Source: Mobula birostris
Taxonomy: Eukaryota
NCBI RefSeq assembly: GCF_030028105.1
Contig: NC_092381.1
Span: forward strand, 50,327,310 to 50,391,309
Length of the DNA stretch: 64,000 nt
Reading direction: 5' to 3'
Under the pieces are notes generated by a model. The model saw nothing but the letters and a program-made list of their open reading frames with translations. It did not search any database and was not told the DNA's origin. This document shows, one piece after another, positions 51,000 to 64,000 of this stretch. Within the stretch, counting starts at the first letter, position 1. Every line of letters starts with the position of its first letter. The translations under genes were made by a program, and so were the position numbers.

Positions 51000-51375
51000 T
51001 ATTTATTTGTTTGGAGATTCAGATTGGAATAGGACATTCTGACCCTTTGAGCTGCACCACAACCACAATTTAGCCCTAACCTCATGGGACAATTACAATG
51101 ACCAATTAACCTTCCCGGTATATCTTTGGACTGTGAGAAGAAACTGGTTGACCCAGAGAAAACCTATGCATTCCTTGGGGAGGACAAACAGAGACTCCAT
51201 AGAGAGGACACTGGGATTGAACTCCCAAAGTCCTGCTGAAGGGTCTCGGCCCGAAACATCAACTGTACTTTTTTCCATAGATGCTGCCTGGCCTGCTGAG
51301 TTCTTCCACCATTTTGTGTGTGTTGCTCCAATACCCTGAGCTGTATTAGCATCATGCTAAACACAATGTTACCAT
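51000..51375 (-). mobile_element. V-SINE (HE1-like) with a Penelope terminal fragment inserted at about 51226-51330 (+)
   Basis: accaattaacct...tctttggactgtgagaagaaactgg...gggattgaactc; insert gtcctgctgaagggtctcggcccgaaacatc. Confidence 0.8.
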
Positions 51376-51789
51376 GGTGCCCAATGACATCACAACATTA
51401 CCTGCTCCACCTTACATGTTTGTAATATCATAGCACACAATAAAGTCGTTCACTGCTGAAATGAGAGTTTGATTCTCTCCAATACCTGTGCTATTGTGGA
51501 CAGGTTGTAACAGTAGATTGGGAGAATAATGTCACATAACTTAGTTCTCTCACCATCTGCTGCTGAACCAGTCTGGGAATGAAATCCTTTGGGACTTGCT
51601 TAGTTTTATCAGTAATGGCATGATGGGATTAATATTAATTGTGGGCATAGAAGATCCACAATTCAGCTAAGTTCCCTGCCCATGGTTACCATTATTTCCT
51701 GCAAGTAATTTTTGATGAAAAGAAAGCTAATTTACTATTTCATTGGTAGGAATATGGAGGATGGCAATGTAGTGCAGTAGATGGCAATC

Positions 51790-52695
51790 AGCTGAGATTC
51801 TTTGATTTGATGGTGCCACAATAACCACCTCTTACTCAATGTCAGCATGACATTATTGACTTCAGGAGGAGGAAAAATGAGATTCATGAGCAAGTCCTTA
51901 TCTAGGCATCAGAGGTGGAGAGGGTCAGCAACTTTAAATTCCTCGCTGCTATCATTTCAGAGGAACTGTCCTGGGCCTAGCATGTAAGTGCGATAATGAA
52001 GGAGGAACAGAGGTGCCTTTACTTCCTTAGGAGTTTGCGAAGATTCAGCATGACATTTAAAACTTCGACAAACTTCTATAGAGATGTGGTGGAGGGTATA
52101 TTGACTGTCTGTATCACAGCCTGGTATGGAAACGGCAATGTCCTTAAATGGAAAATCTTACAGAAGTAATGGATATTGCCCAGTCCATTATGGGTAAAGC
52201 TTTCCCCACCACTGAGCACATCTACATGGAGTGCTTCATCATCAAGGACTCTAATCACCCAGGTCATATTCTCTTCTCGCTGCTGAAGAAGGTACAGGAG
52301 TCTTAGAAGTCACACCACTAGGTTCAGAAGTAGTTATTACACCTCACCCATCAGAGTCCTGATCCAGAGGGGATAATTTATCTCAACTTCACTTACTCTA
52401 TCATTGAAATGTTCCTGCAACCTAATGACTCACTTTCAAGGAATCTTCATCTCATGTTCTCAATGTTTATTGATTACTTATTTATTGTTATTATTATTTA
52501 TTTCTGTTTCATTCTTTTTGTATTTGCACAGTTTGTTGTCTTTTGCACACTGTTTGACTGCCCTGTTGCCGTGATCTTTCATTGATTCTATTATGGTTAT
52601 GGATTTATTAAGTATGCCTGCAAGGAAATGAAGCTCAGGGTTGTATACGATGAAATATGTGTACCTTAATAATAAATTTACTTTGAACATTGATT
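51790..52695 (+). mobile_element. Rex1/Babar LINE 3' part
   Basis: YFLRSLRRF...TNFYRDVVEGILTVCITAWYG at 52020-52130; 3' aataaatttactttgaac. Confidence 0.9.
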
Positions 52696-52789
52696 TTAGC
52701 CATTGAGTCTTGAAGATGCTTAGAGCTACCTCCACTTCTCACATCACAGAGGTAGACACGCAGTTGAGAAAAACGGAAAAATGGAACTT

Positions 52790-53300
52790 GGTGCTAACAC
52801 TATTCATAGGTAAGTCAACCTGCAGCTGCACTGTGATGTTGCAGTCAGTATTACATTGATGCAGAAAAAGATCCATGGTTCAATTTTAATGGAATCCCTG
52901 ATGCAAAAAGTGTAGGAGGAGAAACGAAAATAAACTGTTACTGAAGATACTCCAGCTGCCTTTGGACATACAGGAATAGAACCAGGTGAGGATAGTTTCA
53001 TGAAATGGGGCAGCAAAGGAGATGTGATTGGAGAGGTTGTTGGGCTTGCCAATGTCAAACATCCAGGAGAAATTGAAAAGGACAGGTTGCAAAGACTCAT
53101 CACAATTATTCTTGACTTTGACCAGAGGATTCCAGTGTTGTAGGTGGATTAAAGGTTTTCAAACAGGGAAATTCACATAGCCAGGAAACAAAACACGTTC
53201 TTAGCAAAGAAAGTGAGGTTGTGGATTGTGCTAAAGTTAGTGAAGATAGACAACAGAAGAGTAAATTATCTGCAAAGAGGGTAACATAGTTATTTTGAAA
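52790..53300 (-). mobile_element. Ancient L2 RT fragment
   Basis: Decayed equivalents of NYRPISNLPFL (NFSTIHNLTFFAK), LLDLSAAFD (LFNFSWMFD), LSWFxSYLS (LTWFYSCMS) and QGS, in the correct order. Confidence 0.55.
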
Positions 53301-56300
53301 GAAAGACATTTGGGATTCCCATTGTTTAGACAATATTAATTATCTTAGTGAATGTACAGCTGAAGGATAATTTATTAGTTGGTAGTTTAAATAGGAGTCA
53401 AAAGACATCACAAGTTGATAATATAGGCAAAATATTTCAAACAGGAAACAATGAGAAAGCTGGAACTTCAATTAGGGAACAGTTGAGTGGCAGTGGAATG
53501 CAGAGGTGGCATTTGAGTAGATGGCTCCATTTTTGAGGCAGGCAAGTTAAAACTAACTAATGTGGGTATGAAGATTTGAACTTTTAATTTTTTTATTGGT
53601 CAATCCATATTGAATATCTGGTAGAGAGCAGCATTATGTAATCACTAATTAATAATATTACAATTGGCAGAACAGTTCTAAATATTATATTAAGAAGTTT
53701 ATTCATCATATACACCATGAAAGCATTAGACCTTTATTCAGTTCTAAACACTATTCTGCAATAATAAAACAATAAATTATTTTAAAGTTAATTTTGTTTT
53801 AAAAACAATTGCATTAATTATTCAGTTTCCCTTCAAATTTAACACTGTTTCCGTGTTTGAAGGCAAACACTTTACGGTCTCTCTCAAATCAGAAAAGTCT
53901 GCTTTCTGGTTCACAAAACTTAAAAGTAGTTATATACTGGGGGAATTAGGTCCCAAATGGATTGCCAGATGTTGTAAAACCAATCCCCCAAGAAAGCTGA
54001 CTCATAACAAATGGATGTTGTCCCAAATTAAACCTTGCCTTTGTCCGCTGTGAAACTGAATTTAGAAAGCAGTCATGTGATTTCCATTCTCCTGGGTTGG
54101 AACTAAAATTATTATGGACTATTTTTAATTGTTGCATGGTGTGCTGTGATGGAACTGCACTAGCATTGGTGCTGTCATTGTCAGGACTTGTTAACCAATT
54201 TGTTCAAGTAGGAGGAAGAAATCTTTCTGCAATACTTAAAAGAGTTTTATAAAAGACCTAGCCAGTACTTATCCTCAATTTACTTACCAAAAAAAAATTA
54301 GTTTCTTACATTAAAATTTTGAAACTCAGTTACTATTATATTCAAGGGTTGTAACAATGTAAATCATCATTAGTTCAGACACAAGGAAGATAATTGAGAG
54401 ATATTTTTGGATTATAAGGCTTTAAGGAGAGAATATGGAAAACCCATTGCATTTATTTAAGAACTCATTGCCTAGATTAGTTTGATGTTGGTGCTGAATA
54501 AGTGAGTTGAGCATTGAGGAGTGAATACTTTCCACAGGGAATTCTTGGAGCAAACAAGCTGAGAAATCCATGCCCTTTCAATAGCGACACATAGTACTCT
54601 GTTGCTAAAATTTAGTCAATCGAATTTGGTTAGATCCATTTCAACAGTAGATTACAATTGACTGTAATTAATATATAGTATGTCAAGTGCTTGTTACAGG
54701 GGATGAATGTCTAAACAATAGGTCTTTGTCATAGATCATTGTTGAAACCAATTTTTGCATGTTTTGTGAAGCATTTTATTATTGCTTCATGAAAAGAATG
54801 ATTCAAGGCTATGTAGAGCATAGATTTGTTTTGGATATCACTGGGGCTGAGCAGGTGGAGAGTAAATGGATTTTGTCTGTGCTGTTACATATAATATAAA
54901 GGTTGCATTTACGTAAGTTTTTAAAATGCACAGAAAATGAGAGCATGAGATGAAAACAATAGGGAAACTCGATAACATAGCAGGAGGGATTAAGTGATGG
55001 GTTTATGGCGTCATAGCCAACCTGTCATGTTAGCAACAGATCACTGCCTCACACCTTTAATCACTCCCCCAACATCTCATACAGAACTGTTACCGCCAGG
55101 TAGTTCACTTGTGCACATGCAATTAGCCAATTTAAGTAGGAAGACTTTGTAAAGGAAGTTGGTTATTGTATAGTCAATTCAGATAAAGGAAAATTTGCAA
55201 AATTCACTTGGAAATGATAAGTATTCCATGGTAAATTTCTCATTTATTATTCAAATATACGATTGAATTTTTAGTATGTTTTTAAGGTGCTGGTTCTTTG
55301 ATTAATGGAACTTCGGAATGTTCCTATACCATGTACTGATATTGGCACAAAGAACACACACATTCAATGAACCAACAAGCTATACTATGTTTCTTGCATG
55401 ATAACCTTGTGGGGTTTATGCAAACTTCTAGCTTGTAGCTTCTAATGCAAGGGACTCAATGGGCAGTATTTCCTATTGCTGCAAGTAGTACAACGTTGTT
55501 TTTACAAATCTCAACATGAATGAACAAGTTCTATCTCACTTGAATGCAAAAGACCTGGACGTTGATATTGAAAGTTTCACTTTATAAGCCATTTGCCCAT
55601 CAACGCTAAGCTTATTTCAAACCTACAATTCAAAACAAGGTCTACCTGTTGTAAGTGACCACACTCACTGGCAAGTTTCAGGAGGTGTTCCTTACTTTTC
55701 AATCCCAATTTAATTAAAGCATTTACTATTTGTTTTTTACATGGAATATTTAATACTAAAATCTGTTTATATATTTTAAACAGATGTGCATTTCCATAGG
55801 ATGCAGAAAGCAGAGAGAGAGGAGCTAGAAGAGAATACTTTACTAAAAAATGTTATTTTAGTAATTTTGTATGAAAAATAGTTTTGCTGGGTCACTGGCG
55901 TGGAGCTTGAAGTTTTTATTTACTATATAAGCAGATATTTAAAAACCTACTCTTATTTAAATAGCCATGCCTGTTTTGCAGGGTTCACTAGAATTTTGTG
56001 CAGCGTCAGAGGTCAAGTGGAGTACAAACACTTTATTGAATGCTAAGGTTGTCCCAGCCACTGAGTCTCAAACATTTTGTTTTTTTCTTTACTTTCCCAT
56101 CAGGTTTTCAAGATAATACATTAAGCCTTACGACAGATGATCTGTCATTTAACCACACAACCACCCTCTTTGGTATGATAAATGAATTGGCCAATGGCAT
56201 TAAAGCAAATTAAAGTCCAGACGCACTTTAGATATCACTTCAAAGTCCTTCAACCAATACAAGATGATTTGCTATGTGGGACTAATTTTATGTTGCCTTT

Positions 56301-56809
56301 GTTCAATCTGTTTCCATGTGTAGGTTCTCTGGTCTATTTATCATGTTTGATGAATGGTTATTTGTCAGGAATTAACTAATTACTGCACACGCTGTTTTAT
56401 ATTAACCCTGACACATGAACACTGACGTATACGTAATAGGTGGGTTGCTGTACAGCAGAAATGATTGATATAGATTCACGACGACTCTGGAAGTCGTTGC
56501 TTTATGGTTTACTAAAGATTATAATTTTCAGTCAGACATAGGATAACTGTATTACCAATGATTAAGGAATTCATATTGAAGTATGTCTGCCATTAAGTGA
56601 ATATTTTACAAAGTCTCCAGCACCATAATGGAGCTGTTAATTTATCAATGCGTGTAGGCACATATCAATTGAATTGAATGTACTCAGTTGTTATTTGCCG
56701 AAACAACAGCTGTCAGCACTTAAGCTGAGTAAAATGTGATGTAAAGTATCTAATAAGGTCTCTTTCTCTCTCTCTCTCTATGTTGATCCATAGATGGAAA
56801 GGGGGGCAG

Positions 56810-57135
56810 AAACTAGAATACAGAACATTGCACCACAGTATAGATCTACAGCCCATGATGCTGTGCTGAACTTCTACATAACCCTTCGTTTTTAAATAAT
56901 CTATGCACCCATTTGAGAGCTTCTTAAATGCCCGTAATGTACCTGCCTCTTCCATCACCCCTGGCAGGACGTTCTACACAACCACCACTCTCTGTGTAAA
57001 GAACTTACCCCTGACGTATCACCTATATGCTCCTCCAATCACCTTAAAAATATGCCCCCTCACATTAGCTATTTCTGTCTTGGGAAAAAGTCTTTGAATA
57101 TCCACTTGATCAATGCCTCTTATCATGTTATACAT
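56810..57135 (-). mobile_element. CR1 3' fragment
   Basis: accaccactctctgtgtaaagaac = FFTQRVV; 3' tail agaatacagaaca. Confidence 0.85.
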
Positions 57136-57149
57136 TTCTCAGTTTCAAT

Positions 57150-58030
57150 TGAACCCACCTACAGCTGACCCTCTGTGTGAGAGAGTCCTTCCCCAAGCCA
57201 GTGGGTCACATTGGCCACTGAGTTTTCAGGTGGAAGCCGAGACCCAATTCAGAGAACATCCAAGTAGCCTTTGAAGCCTCTTTTTACTGGGCGTCTCCGG
57301 AAGTGTGGCTCGTTAGCTCCTTGCTAATAGCCACTGGAGTCCGTGGTGAGAAACCCACCTTCAAGCTTCATACATCCAGGGTGTGTACGACTTTGGTCTC
57401 GCCAGATCCCTGAGGTTAGGATGTCTTGTCCACCCAAACCCCGGTTTGTGTAAATGCTGTGTGATTTACTGCCCCTGGCAATCACCTCTAGGCAAGAAAT
57501 GACAGATCATACACTGCATACAATTATAAAGAAGTATATTTAACAATGCTAACTTAAACAAACAGCTATTAAAGGAAGAAAAGAAAAAAACAAAAAGGGC
57601 TCATTATAATTAAACAGCCACATGTGCACAGTGGAGCTCAAATCTTCCAGAAGCCATTGTTTTTGATGTACACACTGTACCAACATCTATTCACCACTTC
57701 TGGTACATGTTCCCCTCTTGGGCTCCATTTGATTGCACGCTCTCGCCAGATTGAATCCTACAGCCAGTTCTCTTGAGCGCCTTCTCTCTCCATCTCCCGC
57801 CGAGAAAGACCTCGACCCACCTCAGTGTTCATCACAAAAAACTGCTCCCCCAGTGTTCTTTAGAACCTTCTCTCAGTTCCACTGTCCTGACTGGATGACA
57901 CACATTCCTAAGCATCTCTTATCATTAATGGTAATCCAAACACGCCAGCAGAATGTACTGCTTCAACAAAAAGACCTTTACATAAAATACTCTACAACAT
58001 TAGCAGTAAAACCTTTACCAGGGTGTTACA
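57150..58030 (-). repeat. Putative 3' LTR of the Gypsy element
   Basis: Minus strand has a purine-rich tract ggtggtgggagtg followed directly by TGTAACA at 58030; distal boundary uncertain. Confidence 0.6.
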
Positions 58031-60490
58031 CACTCCCACCACCAGAAATAGTCATGTCCACATGACTTTAAATGTCTCTTTGTCAATAATTAGGGCATTT
58101 GCACAGGTAACATGTATCACACCACCATTTCCTCATCCTTTGAGTCTATACAATATTCAGTGGTTAAGTCCCCTTCATGTCTCTCCACTGCTTGTCTCTC
58201 TGTTCTCCAATCTCGCTGCAGAGTCCTCCTACTAGCTGCAGGGTTCATGTCAGGCTCTGGGTCAACGTGTGCCTCTTATCCCAGAGGCAGAAGGTGGTTC
58301 CGATGGAGAATTTTGACAGGCCATTCTCATCTTTTGGTTTCACCCAGAAAACTGACATATTTGGCATCTGACTCTCCACTACATAAGGCGTAGCCACCCA
58401 GTGGTCAGCCAACTTATGCTTCCCTGGTAGCCCCCAATTCCTTATGTGAACTCTGTCTCGGCACCAGTTGGAAGAACCTAATCTTTTGATCATATCTCCT
58501 CCTATTTCCTTGATTCTGCTTGGTAGCAGAGACCTTTGCTAGTTCATAAGCCTTTTGCAATTCACTCCTCATGTCAGACATGGATAGGTCTTCTGTGGCA
58601 AATCTTCCCCAGCAGTCCAGAGGTCAACAGGCAATCTTGCTTTGCACCCAAACTTCAAATAATATGGTGAGTATCCAGTAGTTTCATTCTGTGTACAGTT
58701 GTAACAGTGGACCAGATGCCCAATATACTGACTCCAGGGTTCCAAGCATGTCTAGTAATGCCCGGTTGAACCTCTTGGGCTGGGGATCATCCTGAAGGTG
58801 ATAAGGTATAGTCCTCGACTTCTTGACTCCAAGCATGCTCAGTACCTCATGTATGAGCCTCCTCTCAAAATCCCTTCCTTGATCGTTCTGTATCCATCTA
58901 AAAAGGCCATAATGAACAAAATACTTCTTCCAAAACACTTTGGCCACAGTGGATTCCCTCTGTTCCTCTGTAGGGAAGGCTTAAGCATATCTGGAGTAGC
59001 GATCAGTAATAACCAAGACATTCACTGTGTAGCTGGAATCAGGCTCTATGGAGAGGAAATCCATACATACCAGATCAAGTGGCCCTGCACTCTGCAAATG
59101 AGAAAAAGGAGCGGCCCTCATAAACAGCATCTTCCTCCAAATACATTGAATGCACGACTTACAGTACTCTTTTATTTCAGGGTTCATTTGGGGTCAGCAG
59201 AACTGATCTCTGACCAATCCATAGATCTTGTCAAACTCAAATGACCTGAATCATCATGAAATGACTTCAACACAATCCTCTGATACTTATCAGGCAGAAC
59301 CAACTGGGAACGTCAAGGCCTGTCTGGAGGAGACGTGACCCAGTCTAGAACCTGGTTCCTCAACTCCAGTTTGCCCCATTGTCTCAGCAGTAGAGATATG
59401 GCAGGGTGTTTCATCGTTCCAGCTTGGGCCATATCCCCTGTCGCAACAGCTGACCGAACGGTACCCATATAAGGGTCATCTCACTGAGCAACGGCCACTT
59501 TCCCAGGACACAACGTAGGCAACTGCTTTGTATTCAGGGCAGTCAGGTTGCAGTGAGCTTGTGGAATGGCACAGAAATTCCCTAACGATCCACAGTTCTA
59601 TCCAGCTCTGGCCGTGCTTTTGATTTCCCCATGATGGAAAACTGGCACATTGCTTTAACTCCAGGTGCAGGAACGCTCTCCCATTCTCCGTCCATTTCCA
59701 GCCCTTCATGCGTATGTCAGGACAAAGCATCTGCATCAATGTTCCAGCTCTCTGGCGGGTACTACAGGTTGAAATCATAGGCAGACAACTCCACCAGCCA
59801 ACATTGGCCTGTGGCATCCAATCTCATGGAGATCAGGATATGTTCATGGGTTGTTGTCCATCCTCACCTCAAACGTGGAGCAATATAGACAATCACTTAC
59901 ATCCACCATGGCCCATCTCAGTGCCAGGAGCTCCAATTTGTGCATGAGGTAGTTTCGCTCGGGGTGTGACGGACTCCGACTGACAAAAGTGACAGGTTGT
60001 AACCCTGTGCCCTGATCCTGATATAGAATGCCCCCCTAAGCCCACTTGGCTGGTATCTATATGCAATACATATGGCAATTGGGGGTTTGCAAAGGCCAAC
60101 ACAGGCACCTTCATCAGCACCTCTTCACATTTTGTATCCCATCTTGCTCCAAAAGACTCCAAAGGGCTAAGATAAACTTTACCATCTTCTCCTTTCGCCC
60201 TCCTCCCGTTCTTCCCCAAAGGAGGGTACCCACACAGAAGCTGATTCAAAGGGTGACTCATTTTAGAGTAGTCCTTCACAAACCTCTGATAGTACCCACA
60301 GAATCCAAGGAACGAGCGCAGCGCACTCACATTCTTGAGTATGTGGGTGCCTCTATCTTTAACAGATCTGTAGCTACTCCATCTGTGAGACTATGTGTCA
60401 AATGTAGTTGACAGACACCTTGCAGAACTGGCACTTGTCCAGTGACAGTTTTAACCTTTCAGCTTTCAGATGGCATAACATCTTCAGTAG
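58031..60490 (-). mobile_element. Gypsy/Ty3 LTR retrotransposon pol remnant (RT end, RNase H, integrase)
   Basis: LRSFLGFCGYY..F, PVLAFANP.LPYVLHID; integrase C..C, PLDLVCMDF, DQGRDFE, KSRTIPYH, RFNRALLDML. Confidence 0.93.
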
Positions 60491-60499
60491 GTCAGAAAA

Positions 60500-60662
60500 A
60501 TATTGAATGGTTGAATCTATAACTCACTGCCTGAAAAGGTGGTGTTGATAAACCCTCCAGTGTTCTGGAAGAAGCATAACACTGAGTTTCAGAGCAAAAG
60601 CTGGGAAGTAGTGATGACTGAAGTTCAGTATGGACATAATGGCCCGAATAGCCTCCTTCTGG
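60500..60662 (+). mobile_element. CR1 3' remnant
   Basis: tggacataatggcccgaatagcctccttctg 3' UTR motif. Confidence 0.55.
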
Positions 60663-60678
60663 TTCAACAATGAATCTA

Positions 60679-61167
60679 CACTCAGTGACCAGTTTATTAG
60701 GTACAGCTGAATACCTGCGCATTAATGTGAATATCTAATCAGGTAATCATGTGGCAGCAACTCAATGCATGAAAACATGCAGACATGGTCAAAAGGTTCA
60801 GTTGTTGTTCAGCCCAAAGATCAGAAATAGAAAAAGTTTGACCCAAGTGACTCTGACCGTGGGGTGATTGTTGATATCTCAGAAACTGCTGATCTCCTGG
60901 GATCTTCAAGCATAGTCTCCAAAGCTTACAGAAAATGGTGTAAAAAGTGAAAAAATCATGAAGTGAGTTGCAGTTTCATGGGCAAGAACACCTTGTTCAT
61001 GAGAGTGATCACAGGAGAATGGCCAGACTAGTTCAAGCTGACAGGAAGGCGGCAATAACTCAAATAACCACGTGTTACAACAGTGGTGGTACAGAAGAGC
61101 ATCTCTGTAACCACAACACATCAAACCTTGAAGTGGATGGGTCTTCCAATAAAGTGGCCACTGAGTG
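60679..61167 (+). mobile_element. Internally deleted Tc1-like element
   Basis: TA-flanked TIRs cactcagtgaccagtttatt / aataaagtggccactgagtg; transposase DNA-binding remnant RRMARLVQADRKAAITQIT. Confidence 0.88.
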
Positions 61168-62334
61168 TATTTATTAATGCCTATGTAGCCCAATAAATAC
61201 CCAAAACCTCTAAAGATTCTTTTTTTTAATCTTTAGGACTGCAAGATCCTGTATGGACAACAAGTGACAAAATGACAACTGTGATCTCTCTGTGAACATT
61301 TAATTATGTCAGAAAGTTGACCAGAAATTTCCAGCCAAGTTTCCCTCTTGAGACAATCTGTGATCAGCTTACTTTGATAATGTTGCTTTGAGTACAGACA
61401 TTCTTTTGAAACATCGTGTGGCAAATTGATTCATAATGTTCTGTTAGCAACTGAAGTGGTGGTCACTTCCAGAATTGTGTTTTCTTAATGCTACAGCATT
61501 TAGGGCACACATATTAAGTAGGCCTTTTTACTTAGCTTTGTATACAGACACACCCTTGACAGAACAAATCATAACCCAACCACCTCCCAGCACTGACTAC
61601 TAACTTCTGAGCATCTCCATCTGAATTCTAATCACACCTTCTGCAATATCATGATCTTGCACCTTCAAGCTCCTGTCCTTCAAGGTCCAGCATAAACGCT
61701 GAGGATTTCAGACTCTCAGACAGAACCCTACCACCATTTCCTGGCCCCTGTACATCATAAAACTCTTCTTCACACCTGTGCTTCTGACAACTGTCCAATT
61801 ACCATCAGCCCCCACACAAGTTAGAATTGTTGCCGCAAATCTCAGCGCTGATATTCCAGTGTCATGGTGAGTGCACTTTCTAACACTCATAGCAGTTGAC
61901 ACCTTTCCAGCTCTAAAAATGTGTAATGTCCTTTCAGTCATGCTCTCCACAATTACGATGATGGTTGGTAGTGTCTCCTAGAAACTAAATCTAAAAAATA
62001 GAAGTTCTATTAGATTACTCTGTCATTATTCTATTATAACAGTATTCTCCAATATATAGGCAAAACTTCGTATCATAATCAACATTGACCCATTTGAAGA
62101 AATTGTAAAACTTGGACAAACTTACCAGTACTCAAAACTGAACTTCAAAAACCTCACCTCCAGGGATCCTTTTACAGTTTTCATAGCTTTTCTATTCTAT
62201 TTATCTTTGTCCTCACTTCTAACTGTGCCACCCTATTAATCCAATTATTGAATGAATAATGTACTAATTGCTCAATTGTCACCAGTTTCCATGTTGAAAT
62301 ATTTATATGCATTTTATGTGTTTCATGTAGACAA

Positions 62335-63483
62335 GAGACCAGAAGACACAGGACAGAGCTGGGCCATTAGACCCATCAAGACTACTCAGGCGTTCCAACA
62401 AGGCTGATTTATTATCCCTCCCAACACTATTCTCCTGCCTTCTTCCCATAACCTTTGACACCTTGACTAAGCAAGAACCTATCAACCTCCGCTATAAACA
62501 TACTTAATGACTTGGACCTCACTGCCCTCAGTGGCCACGAATTTCAGATTTACAACCCTCTGACTAAATGAATTCCTCCTCATCTCTGTTCTAAATAGAC
62601 TTCCATCTATTCTGAGGCTGTGCCTTCTGGTCCTAGACTATTCCACTATAGGAAACACCCTCTCCAAATCCACACAATCTTGCACTTTCAATATTCAATA
62701 GGCTTTATCCATCAGACGTTCATCATATGTTAACTCTCCCATTCACAGACTCATTCTTGTGAAGCCCCTCTGAGCATCTTTTCTTAGAAACGGGGCCCAA
62801 AACTGCTCAAAGTACACCAAGTGCAGTCTGACCAATTCCTTATAAAGCCTCAGCATCACATCATTGCTCTTACAGTACATTCTAGTCCTCTTGAAATGAA
62901 TGTTAACACTGCATTTCCCTTCCTTACCTTTGACTCAACCTGCAAGTTGACCTTTAGAGAATTCTGTACAAGGACTCCAAAGTTCCTTTGTACCTCATAT
63001 TTTTGAATTAGCTTCCCATTTAGGCAATAGTCTATGCTCTTTATTCCTTCTATCTAAGAGGACGACCATGAACTTCCCTACACTATATTCCACCTAACAC
63101 TTCTTTGGCCAATATCCTTCTCTGTCTAAGTCCTTCTGCTGATGCTTTGCTTCCTCAACACTACCAGCCCATCCACATATCTGTGCACTGTACATCTACT
63201 TGGCCACAAAACCATCAGTTCTGGCATCCAAATTGTTGACGTATTATGTGAAAAGAAGTGGTCTCTATACAGTCACTGTGGAACCCACATCCTGACAGCC
63301 AACCAGAATAGGCTCCCTTTAGTTCATCTCTTTGCATTCTGCCATTCAGCTAACTTTCTACCTATGCTAGTATCTTTCCTGTAATTTGATGGGCTCTTAT
63401 CTTGTTAAGTAGCGCCATAAGTGGTGCCTGGTCAAGTGCCTTCTAAAAATCCAAGTAAACAACATCTACTGACTCCTTGGTCT
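62335..63483 (-). mobile_element. Older CR1, RT to 3' end
   Basis: gtcaagtgccttctaaaaatccaag is a decayed LDF.KAxDK; cccaaaactgctcaaagtacaccaag; 3' UTR. Confidence 0.85.
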
Positions 63484-63484
63484 A

Positions 63485-64000
63485 TCATAGAACCATAGAA
63501 CCATAGAAACTACAGCACAGAAACAGGCCCTTTGGCCCTTCTTGGCTGTGCCGAACCATTTTCTGCCTAGTCCCACTGACCTGCACACGGACCATGTCCC
63601 TCCATACACCTCCCATCTATGTATCTGTCCAATTTATTGTTAAACGTTAAAAAAGAACCCGCATTTACCATCTCGTCTGGCAGCTCATTCCATACTCCCA
63701 CCACTCTCTGTGTGAAGAAGTCACCGCTAATGTTCCCTTTAAACTTTTCCCCCCTCACCCTTAACCCATGTCCTCTGGTTTTTTTCTCCCCTTGCCTCAG
63801 TGGAAAAAGCCTGCTTGCATTCACTCTATCTATACCCATCATAATTTTATATACCTCTATCAAATCTCGCCTCATTCTTCTACGCTCCAGGGAATAAAGT
63901 CCTAACCTATTCAACCTTTCTCTGTAACTGACTTTCTCAAGTCCCTGCAACATCCTTGTAAACCTTCTCTGCACTCTTTCAACCTTATTTATATCCTTCC
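63485..64000 (-). mobile_element. Young CR1 3' part, running off the window edge
   Basis: ORF 63567-63974 QRRFTRML...LYSLERRRMR...FFTQRVV; (catagaac)n tail. Confidence 0.95.

Noticed and set aside
1-64000. Novel prokaryote-style multi-gene system, or known microRNA hairpins
   Set aside because: No operon structure or intact non-transposon genes; partial seed-like matches did not extend to any mature miRNA I recognise

Overview
This is vertebrate, not prokaryotic, DNA. It is AT-rich and repeat-dense, and the repeat families (V-SINE/HE1-like and Deu-domain SINEs, CR1, Rex1/Babar, Penelope-like elements) suggest a cartilaginous fish such as a ray or shark. That assignment is an inference from memory of these families, not a database result. 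I found no host protein-coding exon I can support: every recognisable ORF is a decayed transposon fragment, so the window looks like a large intron or gene desert. Contents: many CR1 LINE pieces (including a 3.4 kb copy with part of ORF1 and all of ORF2), a 5.6 kb L1-clade element with three nested insertions, Rex1/Babar and L2 fragments, a Gypsy LTR retrotransposon remnant, Tc1 and hAT relics, SINEs, and repeat-poor blocks that may be conserved enhancers. The most interesting signal is a family of Penelope-like terminal repeats carrying minimal type-I hammerhead ribozyme motifs (CUGANGA...GAAAC-GUC). Two adjacent fold-back insertions at 43.0-44.7 kb have 15-bp target-site duplications and one hammerhead motif on each strand. 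There is no CRISPR array, rRNA or true tRNA gene. Coordinates of old repeats are approximate.
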